Shown here one piece after another: positions 23,414 through 35,841 of a stretch of DNA of 64,000 nucleotides (the first letter of the stretch is position 1; the number at the start of each line of letters is the position of its first letter). The position numbers and the translations under genes are program-made. The DNA lies in assembly GCA_017499595.2 (NCBI GenBank), contig CM039007.1:1240001-1304000 (forward strand), read 5' to 3'. This DNA comes from Psilocybe cubensis (lineage: Eukaryota). Under the pieces are notes generated by a model. That model searched no databases. It saw only the letters and a list, made by a program, of their open reading frames with translations, and was not told the origin of the DNA.

Positions 23414-23678
23414 TTTTGAAAACAATGTTTTGGTGATTCGCTCGGAATGTGATAGAGCGGTTGGAAGAGCAATGTTTTTGCCCCCACCGTTTAGACATTT
23501 ACTGGAATGTGAAACCTCATGTGTGAGCTCATGCCGCTTGGGGCCGAGCAGAGGTTTGATCAACACCGTTTGTGCTCTCAGGCTGACGGTGGCAATGTAT
23601 AAGGCGCTATTCACATTTCCTCGCGGTTTTCTCCAGAGCTTCTCATTGGATTTTTGTAATCTTCCTATTAAACTCAAC
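23414..23678 (-). repeat. Split direct repeat A1 (265 bp), 5' terminus and probable promoter
   Basis: Matches 18331-18595. The minus strand contains CCAAT and a TATA-like TTATACAT; the promoter role is inferred. Confidence 0.95.
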
Positions 23679-24219
23679 TTACTATGAAAGGCATTCCGGA
23701 GTTCCTTCTTTTAGGTTGGTTGGTTACACAGCACAAGGGTGTATAACGATCGAAGTCGCCGGATATTCCAAATGAGGCTTTTTGAGTACTTTGTTTACTG
23801 AATTTGGGTAACCCGACGTGGTGTTTGTGTTTGTGTGTTTTGTGGGGTAGGGCGGTTTAAAAAGCTGATGATAGATGGATACGTTTTTCCAACTCGACAC
23901 CAGCAGCGACACACAATATTTGATACTCGACACCTCGCATCGGACGTCTAACATTGGAAAAACTGGCTTTAGATTCAAAAAATGAACGATGATAATAAGC
24001 ACTGCGATCCAGTCGTTCGGGGAGGTACCTCAATAACCAACCACATATTTCAATCCGGCACCGAGAGAGAGAGACCGATGAAATGAACATGAGCGAGGAC
24101 ACGTGCAATGGCTTAAGTACGCGAAGGGAAAGGGAAAGGGAAAGGGAAAGGGAAAGGGAAAGGGATGGAAGCTAGAGGTAAACTGTAAATGTATGCGCGC
24201 AATGCAAACGCACACGCAC

Positions 24220-25388
24220 TATGGCTGCCCAAGTGGGGAAATATTCCCCGTAAACTTATTTAGGTATTTTTCTTACTGCGTGAATTTGTAAAAAATATGT
24301 TGGAGTGCGGAAACATTTTTTGAGTGCGCAGATTGTTTTCTAGCTTAGCCGTAAATATATTTGATTGCGCGGAAACATATTTTGGACATATTTTGCTAGC
24401 GCACGTAAATTTTTACTGCCCTCAATTATATTTAATGCATAAATCCTATGCGCGTAAAAACATTTTAAGCCCCAAACAAATATTTCGATGCGCGGAAAAC
24501 ATTGTTCAATTGCACTATTTCTAGCCTAAAGTCACCAGCCGTTATGCCGAGATTATGTAAAATGATCTGAAATGGCACCTCGGCAGACGCAAATGAGGTC
24601 AAGCTCCGACTGTTTTCTACAAAATAAATAGCTATTCTCTATTCATTACCACTTTATAGAGAGATATAACAGCTTCTGTAGTAGTACATATGTGTTAACT
24701 ACACACTACAGGTCACTGTGAGGACTCCCCATTAGTAGTACAGCCTGTACGCCATTTAAGACACCTCAGGTACTGTGTAAAAATAACTGTGGGAAAGACA
24801 TCAATCAGTACATCTGTGTGTGTGGTATGTGCATTGGTGCATCTGTAGAGTCAGGCATAGTTAAATACGATTTAAAAACATAGAAAGACATTTATTCAAC
24901 AATAATTAATGGGTACTAAGACACCGAGCACAGCAATGACAAATGTGAAAGAGGATTAGTGACTGCAAGCAAAGCGAAATTGAACAGTCGGAGATTGAAC
25001 TCATTTACGTCTGCCGAAGTGCCATTTTGGATCATTTTACATAATCTCGGCAATCACGGCTTCCCACTTCACATAAGAATCAGTGACTGTGAATAATGTT
25101 TTCCGCACAGTGAAAGGTTTGTTCAGTGCGCAAAATGTATTTACGCGCATGTATTTTACACAGTAAATATATTTTGGGGAGACCATAATGCACTCGCGCA
25201 TGTAAATTATGCGAAAAATATGTTTCCGCGCAGTCAATTTTGTTTACGGACTCGTCAAATTTACCTCGAAATCAATCCGGGCACCAAACAAATGTTTCCG
25301 CGCATAAATTTTGTTCTATTCTTGACGCACTTCTCAAAAATAAGGAAATTATATTTACGGGGAATATTTCCCCACTTGGGCAGCCATA
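24220..25388. mobile_element. Non-autonomous TIR DNA transposon, IS3EU-like (1169 bp)
   Basis: Perfect 35-bp TIRs TATGGCTGCCCAAGTGGGGAAATATTCCCCGTAAA (24220-24254 / 25354-25388). Flanking direct repeat ACGCAC (6 bp; 12 bp also fits because the target is tandem). Mirrored subterminal TGCGCGGAAACAT motifs and no transposase. Confidence 0.85.
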
Positions 25389-27392
25389 ACGCACACGCAC
25401 ACGAACTCAAGGTAAGAATTGCATATTACATACTGACTCCTTGGTGGCGCGCGGGAATGCCGCTGCGCATTAATGTACCTTATGGACTGTGCTTCTTTTT
25501 CATCTCAAGGAGACGGTATTCGATCCTAGTGGATGAATCATGAAGCGATGAACTTTTGAGGGCATTTTTCCATGTACAATAGTTTTTCATCGAAGGTTTT
25601 GGTAGATATCGATATTTTATTATAAGCTTGCCCGTTCTGCATTCGTCCGTCTCAATCGATGGAGAGGGACTTTGTTTGTGAATCATATGGATGCATGAAG
25701 TGTATTGGGTATATCGGATATCCGAGTCCGAGTCAAGTCTTCCAGCAGGAGGTACAATGTTCACCGCTCTGAATACATAGATGAAATTACGTAAATTTGA
25801 TTTACGAGGGATCATACATGGTGAAGAATAATATTCATATTCAAGACAAACATATACACCCGGCACCGAGTGATTGCTAGATTGTGACTATCGACTATCG
25901 ACGGCAGCACAAATACCACGATATAGTTCATGAAGAGTCCGACGGACCGGGCACACCGACGTCGACAGAATCGAAGTCTTCGAAAGCGACTACTTTTGTA
26001 AGTAAGTGTTTCCTTGTGGTGACAGGATGCAGAAGCGCGTGGTCGCCGCGTGGATCGATGGGCTTTCAGTATGAGCATCCGATCCATATCCATAGCGCGC
26101 TCGGAACTCATATTTTGGGTGGTGAATGTGCGATCGTGGATACTGTAGGATGCGATGATGATTGAATTGATCGGCACATAACTCACACTGTCGAGTTCGG
26201 AGTCGTCGGCACGACCTCATCGTCCGCGTCATCGTCCACGGTCATCTGCGGGCGGTGTTTGAATTCCTCCAGTTCGTCTTCGGCGCGGAAGCAGTCTGTA
26301 GGTTACCAAGAATCCAAGTCCAGGGTTGTGATACAAGTAGAGTCATCACGATAATAAATATATATATCCTACACACATACATACACATACCTCCCTACTT
26401 CAACATATCCCTTCAGTGCCCAAGGCACACCACAGCGACTCCCACCGCCCATCGGCATGCGCATCTTTGACCCACCCAACAACAACAACAACAACAACAA
26501 GCCGGGCGATCACGCGACACGCGAACCGCTGAACAAGGGCACTAGTACCAGGGGTCCCGGCACGGAGCAGAGACCCCGAGCGCCCAAACGCACCTCAGAC
26601 CGCAACCACCACGAGCCCCCCCGGCATCGATCAGACCCTCCCCACCCCACATTCACACAACACACACTTCACCACACCACTTTACCCATCTACCCTTCTC
26701 TACTCTACCCTACTCTACCCTACTCTACCCTACCTGCCTATCTTACCCTACCCTTTCCCTTTCCCTTTTCTAAACACACACGCTCTCTCCTGTCTGTCCC
26801 TCTCCAGCGCTAGCGCTAGTCAGGCACCCGTTCACTGTTCCCCCCCACCGACAACGAAACGAAACGACGTTCGGAGAGTGTATACGCTCTTTGGATATCC
26901 CGCCTTTTTAGAGTTTTAGTTTCTGGTTTTTGGTTTTTTTGGGAGGGTGGTTACTGGTAAGGGAGAATCAGTTTGTTTGGTCGAAAAATTCTCACTTGGG
27001 GTTTCTTGGCATTTGCACTCGCGCTGGTACTTGGACTCGAACTCGAACTTGGACTTGGACTTGGACGGGAATCTAGTTTCCAGGTTCGCTTCGCTTTGCA
27101 TTGCATTGCATTGTATTGGATTGCATTACAGTGCGGCTGACTTTGATCGAGACGACGAGCCAACTTTCCGGCGCTAAGACATACCTACACGCGCGCGCAA
27201 GTGCAAGTGCACAGTCTACCGGGACCTTTAAATCGTCATCGAGTTCGAGCTAGGGGCGAGGTATATTTAACCGGACAAGACGAGATTCTAGAGACGAGAA
27301 GAGAAGAGAAGAGAAGGGACTTGAGACGAGACGAGTACGATTAGGATTATTGGAATTTGTTGATTGGTGATTGGTGATTTGGTGATTTTGGT

Positions 27393-30300
27393 ATGGGAAA
27401 GAAGGCAGCTAAGGGCGGGAAGGGCCCGCTTCCACATTGTGAGTTGCTCGTTTCCTCCCTCTCCTTTAATCCATTCCGCTCCAGTGCGTTGTATTGCATC
27501 CCATGTATTCCAACATCCTACCTGTACCCCTACCCCGCCCCTGCCTACCCATACATGCCCACGGCGCTCACACACACACACACACGCTGCATGCAAAATT
27601 TTTATCACACACGCATGCACGCATGCGCACCACGAGGCGGCGGCCGGGTCGTCGGGTGTCGGGTGATGGATGCGAGAGTGCGGCATTTAGATATTTTACC
27701 CCGCACTTTCTTTATCCCGCTCCGGTGCCGGCATTGTGTTGTACCCCTTCACTCCTCACTTCCTCATGTTGTATCCGCCGTGTGCATCGCGCACGCGCAT
27801 ACATCTATCGCTACTGCGCGCGCGCGTCTTGTGTATTCAACGACTGATGATGACTGTGCTCATTGGATGATGTGCTGATGTTTGTTTTTTATGTTGCAGT
27901 ACGTCAACGGACGACACGGTCGTCTAGAGGGCGTGTACGTCTACTTTCTTTTTCTTTTTATATGCTGTGCGCTGATTATGGTCTATGTGCTGTCTTTTTG
28001 GTTATATTCTTCCGGTCCATTTACTATACGTCGTTCATCACACACCATCTTCAACTCTACCACAGCTCCTACAACCCACGCCCTCCGCCTCACTTCCCGA
28101 CCAGCTGCGGCTGCTCGGGCTATACGCCGCGCCGACGCTAGGCGACGGCAACTGCCTCTTCCGCGCGCTCGCGGACCAGGTGCACGGCTCGCCTGTGCGC
28201 CACGCCGAGGTGCGCCGGGACGTGTGCGATTGGATCGAGAAGTGGGGGGAGAGGTATGAGGGGTTTGTAGAGTTTGAAGGGAGCGAGGAGGATGAGGGGC
28301 GGGGGAAGAGTAAAGGGAAGGAGAAAGAAAAGGAGAAGGAGAAGGATAGCGGGGCAGGGGCAGGGGAGGATAAAGGTGAAGGCAGTAGTAACAGTGCGGG
28401 GAAAGGCCCGTCGCCGCGTCTTGCGGCGTATTTGAGGAATATGCGGCAGAATGGGACGTACGGTGGTCATATGGAGCTCTCGGCGTTTGCGCATATGACG
28501 AGGCGCGATGTGAAGGTTGTGCAGCCGGGCTTGGTGTATGTTATTGAGTGGCGCGCGGGGAGTGGGAGTGGGTCGGGGTCCAGTGCGGAGAGCCAGAGTC
28601 AGAGTCAGGAGAAGAAGGAAGAAGAGGTGAAGGATGCTGCTAAGCCTGTTTCTGTTTCTGCTTCTGCTTCGATAGCGACGAGCGCTACGCCGGTGTCGAA
28701 TAGACGCGCGACGCGCTCTGCGAATGCACTGTCAGCTCCTCCGGCCAAGGTCCCGCCGAAAGACAGAGACGAGGGAAAGACGAAGGTGAAAACGGGGCGG
28801 CATGGATATTACGTGTTGGAGGAGGTGAGCAGCGATGAGGAAGATGATAAGCAGGCGTTGGGGTTGGGGTTGGGTAACCGTAGGGGTGCGAGTCGGGGTA
28901 CGGCACCGGCGGCGTCGGCAGAGGTGAGTGAGGAGAAGGAGGAGAAGGAGGTGCAGCAGCAGCTCGTTGCACCTGAGCCGACGCCGTCACCGACGCCTGC
29001 GCCCGTGTCGGCGGAGGTAAAGCATGAGGAGGAGGAGCAGTCGGGAGGGCCGACGGTGTATGTCGCGTGAGTGTCTTTATTTTCTCGTGTTTGCTTTTGT
29101 CGGTGTCATGCCCATATATACTCCGCGATCTCGTTCAATCTCTCGGAGATTTGGCTGGTTATGGACATCGAGTTTCTGTTTTTGGGGGTGTTTTGTCGTT
29201 TCCTTTTTTTGTGCTAGCCCTTGCTTTGGGTTTATGGCGTGTGCCTGGTTTTGATTGATCTATTTTGCGTTTGTTTGTACTTGTGTTATTGTATGCTAAC
29301 TAAGGCCGGATGTATGCGCGTACAGGTACCATGACTGGGAACATTTCTCCTCCATCCGCAACCTGCGCGGTCCACATACAGGCCTACCCAACATCCAAGA
29401 AACACCCGCGCACTCGCATCCGGCATATGTGCCTCCAGCAGACACGGTCTCCGCGCCAGCGGCGCTGAGCAAGGAAGCGTTGAAAGAACGCGAGCGCGAG
29501 AAGAAGCGCGAAAGGAAGGAGAAGGAGCGTGAGAGGGAGAGGGAGCGTAGGGAGAAGGGCAAGGAGAAGATTGTTAGTGCGAGTGCTAGTGCTAGTGCGG
29601 GGTTGAAGGTCAAGTTGAAGTTGACGGCGAGTAAGACGGGGACGCCTGCGCCTAGTGCGTCTGCGTCTGTGTCTGCGTCTGCGCCGGTGGTTCCTGCTGT
29701 GGGGGCTCAGGCGCAGGCGCAGGACCCGTTGGCGGTTCCGCTTCCAACGTCCCGTTCGGCGTCGCCCTTCCCTGTGTCGTCGTTGGCTTCGACTTCGACT
29801 TCAGCTTCTGGTTCGACTGGCTCGCGGTCTCCGCAACCGCAGTCACAAACCCAGCCACCATCGTCTGCATCAACTATCTCCTCCACATCCACATCCACAT
29901 CTACATCTACATCGTTATCAACTTCAACGCATACAGCTATCTCTCCTGGTGTAAATATCAACCTCAACCTCAACCTCCAAGCGCCGCATATGGCGCATCT
30001 GCACGCTAGCCCTCTCGCTCTCGCGCGACATCACGAGCAGCAACAGCAACACTCACACCTGCACCACCGCTCGCCGAAGCGCTCGTTTGACGAGTCGAGT
30101 GCGAGCGGTGGGGACGGGGAGAGTGCGAGTGGGAGCGAGAAGCGCAGTCGGAGGCGGGTGGGGAGTGTTAGTGTTGGTTCTGTGCCGGGGGATGTGAGGC
30201 TGAGAGCCTCGGTTGGTGGAGAGAATATGGATGTCGATGTTGATGTTGTTGAAGTGGAAGGTGAAGGACAAGGCGAAGGTGAAGGTGAAGGTGAAGGTGA

Positions 30301-30970
30301 AGCGGGCACACCAGGGCTATCAGCGCCCGGGTCGAGCTCGTCCGAGACGAGTTCGGAGGTTGTCTCTGAAGAGGAAGAGGGCGATGCCGACGAGGGTGGC
30401 GGCGATGCCCGTCACCCTCATCATATGGACGCTGTAGATGACGACGAGATGTCCGCGCTCTCCTCTGTCCCACCCACACCCCCACCCGAGCCCGAGCTCG
30501 ATCTGGACGTCGTCCAGGAAGAACACGACATGGACGATATGGATATCCCGCGCATTGTGAATGCGCGGTTGTCGCCTCCGCCTTCTTCTACGATGTCTTC
30601 TCTCTCCAACTCCCATCCTAATTCTAAAAAGCCAAAGTCGCGTAAAGGCACACCCCTCTCCTCCACCTCCACCTCCACCTCCTTCTCGCAAAACACGTAC
30701 ACGGCACAGTTGGGCCCTAAAGAGCTGACACGACGTCAGCGCAAGGCGCTTGGGCTGCCGAAAGCGCGTCCTCGTCTGGCGGGGGGGATGAGTGCGGGCA
30801 AGATTGTTATTCCTGGAGGGAGGTGGACGGGGCGGGAGATGACGCCGCATGGTGTGGGTGTGGGTGGAGGTAGGGATGGAGGAGGGGGGGATGGAGAGGA
30901 GGAGGAGGAGTGGAGGAGGAATGGGACGGGACGCTTGGATGTTCGTGGGTTTAGGGAGTTGAAGATTTAG
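27393..30970 (+). CDS. OTU-domain deubiquitinase with large low-complexity insertions
   Basis: Exons 27393-27438, 27900-27934, 28066-29066 and 29326-30970 join in frame. Motifs: TLGDGNCLFRALADQ (catalytic D/C), YLRNMRQNGTYGGHMELSAF, and VYVAYHDWEHFSSIR (catalytic H). Confidence 0.9.
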
Positions 30971-33269
30971 ATCTTTTGGTGGGGTTTGGTGCTTTGAAGT
31001 TTGGGTTTTGGAATTTGGAGTTTGGGTGTTTGTTTTGGTTCCTTTGTGTGAAGGAGAAGGTGGGAGAGGTGGTGGAATGCGCTCTGACCCGCGCCCGTGC
31101 GTGTGGTGCCCCAGATGTTTGATAGACACCATCGCGATCTGCAATCTTCAATCTGCAATCTGCAGCCAACCTGACCCAACCCCCAACCCATAAGCGACGA
31201 CCGATCTGTAGCTCAAACCACTCTCGTCGTCCCGTGGATCTCCGAGATACACCACTCGTTCACTCAGCTCCTCCTCCTATATCGAGGTCGGGTGCTGCGT
31301 ACATTGTACAGTGTACATTGTACAGTGTACAGTATAAAAATCTGAAGAAGAACTTGTGCTCGTTGCGCCCGAGGTATCTCGCACCTTTGTAGCCCCGCTG
31401 TAGATAATGGTCGATCAGGGTCGATCCCTGGCCTGGGACTTGGACTAGGGATTCGAACGACTTTGGACATGGATGGCGTGGTCGTAGCTGGGATACTAAG
31501 CTCGCTCGATAAGCACGAGTGAAACCTATTCGCATTATGTGGCATGGTGATGGATTCCGTAGAGTTCGTCCCGTGCGACGGTCAATTATTGCGGATGCAC
31601 TATGCTCCGCCTGTATGTGTCGTTTGGTGGGCGGCGATTGCTCGCACTCGGGCGTTGGTATACGGTGAAACGACGAAACGATGAAACAATGAACGAGCAC
31701 GAACGAGTAGAGCGATGCGGTATGCAGTTGGGCGTGAGGCGCCTATATTCCGTCGTGGTCCTCCCTAAACCTCGAATCGATGATCAAAGATCAGCCTTGC
31801 GGAAAGCGACATCGCTATCTCACGTATCGTCTTGCATAATGGTTCTTTCACTTTATTTCTCTCTCTCTCTCTTTCCTTTCTATCTTTTCTCCTCCCGTTT
31901 TTTTCTCTCGTTCGAAAGGCTTCTTCTTTCTTACATTTACATTTACATTGCCTGCGTCGTTATTTATTCAAAGGTTCCTCATTTCCTTTTTATTTTTTCT
32001 TTTTTTCCCCTCATTTCTCATTTTCTCGTTCTATTTTTTCATGTGTTTCAACTCTTGTATACGATGACGTTCGACGTCGACGCCTAAAACTACTGCTCTG
32101 CTGTAGTTGATGTCGTTTAGAATCGGGCGTTCGGCGTTTCGGCGTCTTCCTTTTGTACACCAAGTATTCATCGATCATCCTTTATTTATTTTATTCATAC
32201 GAGTCAACTGGCTGGCTTGACCCTCCGATGTCCATGTTTGAAGTGGGCAATTTGCGTTTTTCAAACCTTTTTTGCACAAACATCTTTCAACTTTCACAAC
32301 TTTTCAATTTTTCAACTCTCAAACTTTCACCCTTCCCGACACACCGCATTGCATCGCTATTACATCTACATACAAGCACACACGGCATTCGCACAGACAA
32401 TACTCGCACGGCAGAAGCATCATCGTCGGCCAATCGACTTTTCTTTTTTTTTTTCTCATCTCCTTCCTTCCTGTCTGCACGTTTTCTCATACGCATACGC
32501 ATACGCACTTGAATGCATATACGTCAACCCCGCATCACATCATACCACACCGCATACCACATCCATCCAATCATCCAATCATCCAACCATCCAACCATTG
32601 TCATCACTTCGACTTTCCTCGCACACAAATCACAACAACAACCTACAATCTCAGAATCTTCATTGAACTCTTATAGTCTCTTTTTTTTTTTGGCAAGCGA
32701 CACGACACGACATATTATGACACGACGTTCCAGATTTTCTTTTTTTTTCTTTTTTCTTTACACTTCTCACTCTCGGTTGCCAGAGAGAATTTCTAAGTTC
32801 CAAGTTTCATCCTCCTTTTTTTCATATTTATTTCTTGGTTTGGGTTTTGGTCGTAGTAGTAGAAGTAAGTAGCATAGGCATACGCATACGCATAGCACAG
32901 ATAAATGAACATTGCAATTTGTAGATTCTGGTCTGATTGTTCTGGATGGGGTCAAGTGAGGTTTTGACGTTCAACCTCACTGTAGTCGTCGAAGATGGTA
33001 GATAACAGAGGGGACGTGATTTGAGTTTGAATCCCTGGAATTTGATTCTGCGCGTACGAGGATATAGTTTGTGGTAGTGGTTATTTTCTTTTCAATCTTG
33101 GAAATGGATAATGGATAAAAACGATGGAATTGGGATGCCGGGTGGCCACGAGAGCCTACATTACATTATCAACGTGGTGGTATATAAGGGCCGAGGGTAG
33201 ACTGCAGCTACTGGTACCGGTAAGATCTTGATATCTACTCTCACACCCTAATCGATGGTACACCTGCTC

Positions 33270-33980
33270 AGGACCCGGGAAGCTCCCGTACAGGCATGTC
33301 CAGATTTTCGCGGATTTGAGGCCAAAAAATGGCAATTTCTTTGTCCAGTTCTCGCGGATTTGAGGGCGCCGCAGGCAAAATTTTGGCCAAACGAAGTCCG
33401 GTTTGGCGGATTTGAGGCCCATATTTTAAAAAAACTTCTGTAGTAATTGTTCAAAGGCGGCATGCCGCAACCATTTTTTCCCAGATGCAGCTAATTGTTG
33501 GCCAAATTTGGGGCCGGGATCCCGCTTAGATTGCAATGATTGGCCAGCGTCTATTATCTAAGAGCGGTAGACGATGGAAATCAACGGAAACGCACAGTAG
33601 TAAATCGAAGCAAGGTTACATTTCCTATATACAGCATATTGGTGAAACTTGAAGACATCTTTTCTCTGCTACCCTGACATATTTCTTCACTATCCTGATA
33701 ACTAGTAATGGAGGTTCCACCTCCTCAAAATCATTCCCCTCGAGGCCTGTAACACCTAAATATCTACTCCATATGTTTCTTTTGCAATCAATTAATGACT
33801 TGTCGAGCCGTCGAGTGGTTTTGCAAGCTCGCCCCGCAGGGCTGAAAAAAATTCCTAATCGGGAAAGCCCCTATCGGGCATTGTCCGGTTTCGCGGATTT
33901 GAGCCCCAAAATCTCGCGGATTTGAGGGCAAAAATTGGGATCCCAGGCGGACATGCTTATAGGGGAGCTTCCCGGGTCCT
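33270..33980. mobile_element. MITE / non-autonomous DNA transposon (711 bp) with 8-bp TSD
   Basis: 32-bp TIRs AGGACCCGGGAAGCTCCC.TA.A.GCATGTCC match at 29/32. TSD ACCTGCTC at 33262-33269 and 33981-33988. Five subterminal GCGGATTTGAG repeats. Confidence 0.85.
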
Positions 33981-35423
33981 ACCTGCTCTTCTGACGCTAC
34001 CCTCCACATGCATAGAGTTGAAGTATCTAGCTTTGCTCCGTTGTCAATTTTTCCGGCAATATTCTTTCTCCTGTCTTGGGGTCTCAGCCAGGTCTGGCTC
34101 TGACAGCATATTGTCGCTGTGCTATGGCTGATTTGACTGCCTGTCGCACGCCCAAGTATACGTGGACGTAAATCGATCAGCGGTCTGAGCATCTACCAGT
34201 TAGAGGGGGAACTCCTTCCATGATCAATCGTGAGACCGACACCCGCTATCTTGCTCTATGGATTCAGAGACACGCTGGTGTCCTGGAGCATGCAGCGGCG
34301 GTGTTCGTGTCCGCGGCTGACGGTGCACGCGGAAGTTGGGTGAATATCCTTCTCTATGTCGAGGCACAGTCGAGGCACAGTCGCTGATCGGATGGTTCGT
34401 CGGATTGAATGACGGGTGCATAGGGCTGGAATGTCTGATAAGGAGTTCAAAGAGTAGGAGTGATGAGAGCGCGATGCGAACTCTTGCATTACATGAGTTG
34501 GCGAAGTTCTCGCCTTTCCATAATCTCCCGACAGATCGTCTTTCGGATTTTGTGGGAGACACTTGTGGATTATAAGCACACTATCAAAAGTCATATGTTG
34601 CGCTTAGTTCTGAAGTCTATGCTCTCTTACCCTTCCGCCACTGCTGACAAAATCTCGATCATGGTTTTATCTAGTAGAAGGAGTGATAATGTAGTAGGAA
34701 GCCGTATGAATAGCTTGTCGATACTGTGCTGGCATGAATATATCCGAGGACAGATTTCTCTGTATGTTCTCCGGCGTGTGGGTGTTCCTGTTCAGTGAAC
34801 ATCGTAGTCTCCTCAAATTCTAAGAAATGTCATTTTGATATTCTGCATTCTCAAACTGCCAAATCTCCAATGTAGGCCTAGATATTCCCACCACTGCCTC
34901 TTTTATCGATCAAACCACACACTCATGGCGCCACTCATCAAGGTGTATAGTGCAATTGTTCTGTCAAGTTTGTGTGTAATACCGTAGTCGCTTTTTGATA
35001 TTCTCTGGATATGATTCTCTCAGAAGCCATACCAATAGCGCATCTGCTGGTCTTCTGTCAAGGAGGACTATTTTATGGTCCCAAAGTGTTATTGACCAAC
35101 ATTGTCCTAACTGATCATGATGTACAGTGATCTATTTTTAGCTCATCACTGCACGCCTCGACACGCGCGCGTGACGCGTCGCGCTTGCGCACACGTGATC
35201 CAATATTTGTATCTTGATGGGCACCACGCAAGATAGGGGCGATGGCAAGTTCAACTGTGATCTCACAGTAACCTCTCAGGCCTCAGGCGCAATTGTAACA
35301 GATTGAAAGCATATTAGATGATAAGAAATTGCATAGACATAGATGTATTAATTTTTAAGAAGGATTATAATGCCTCTGCGAGTATATTCAACCATAAAAT
35401 CCACCAGGCCTGTAGAGGCGTTT

Positions 35424-35841
35424 CTACGACTCGGACGTCATCCTCTTCAAGAGGTCGATAAACTCCTCGGTGCCGCCAATAGACTTTATATAGTCGTTGT
35501 TCCTTTGCATTCTTACAACAACGCTTCGGTGGAACTATATAAGAGGAGGAAGAAATATCAGTAAGTAAATGGATGTGCGCGAAACCACAGTGCCTAGTAC
35601 TGACCTCGCAGTCTTCGCAGCCCTCCACAAAGGTGATGCCATGGGCAAAGCAGTCGGTCCAAGCGCCTGTTCTCTCCGCTGTAAACACAGGCTGCGTCCG
35701 AAGATTGCTGCTACCAGCCACCGGCGCTGAATGGTTGGACCTCGGCGCTGGCTGTGCGGGCTTGGGAGCAAGGCCAGCTTGTCGACTGAGTACCGTCTCG
35801 CGCAGGCTCCTCGAAGACTTTGACTTGCGGGCTTTAGGCAT
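35424..35841 (-). CDS. Small hypothetical protein (115 aa) with CxxH-x7-CxxC motif
   Basis: Exon 1 35841-35605 (MPKARKS...CFAHGITFVEGCEDCE), intron GTCAGT..TAG, exon 2 35534-35424 (FHRSVVVRMQRNNDYIKSIGGTEEFIDLLKRMTSES*). Confidence 0.65.

Larger units (their letters stand above)
17249..23678 (-). mobile_element. Full-length Ngaro-type (DIRS order) tyrosine-recombinase retrotransposon with split direct repeats
   Basis: Order on the minus strand: A1, gag, RT/RNase H, YR, A19 tract, B1, A2, ORF4, B2. No TSD and no methyltransferase domain, which fits Ngaro rather than DIRS1. Repeat copies look identical by eye. Confidence 0.95.

Noticed and set aside
17249-23678. LTR retrotransposon or assembly duplication
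   Set aside because: No integrase, TG..CA ends or TSD. The A1-B1A2-B2 order together with a tyrosine recombinase is diagnostic of split-direct-repeat elements.
25900-26640. Possible minus-strand gene (CFRAEDELEEFKHRPQMTVDDDADDEV)
   Set aside because: Splice-like signals exist, but I could not join an upstream exon in frame without a stop.
34000-35200. Possible degraded gene and CpG/ACGCGT-rich promoter-like cluster at 35150-35200
   Set aside because: No consistent reading frame or recognisable domain, and the motif cluster alone is not enough evidence.
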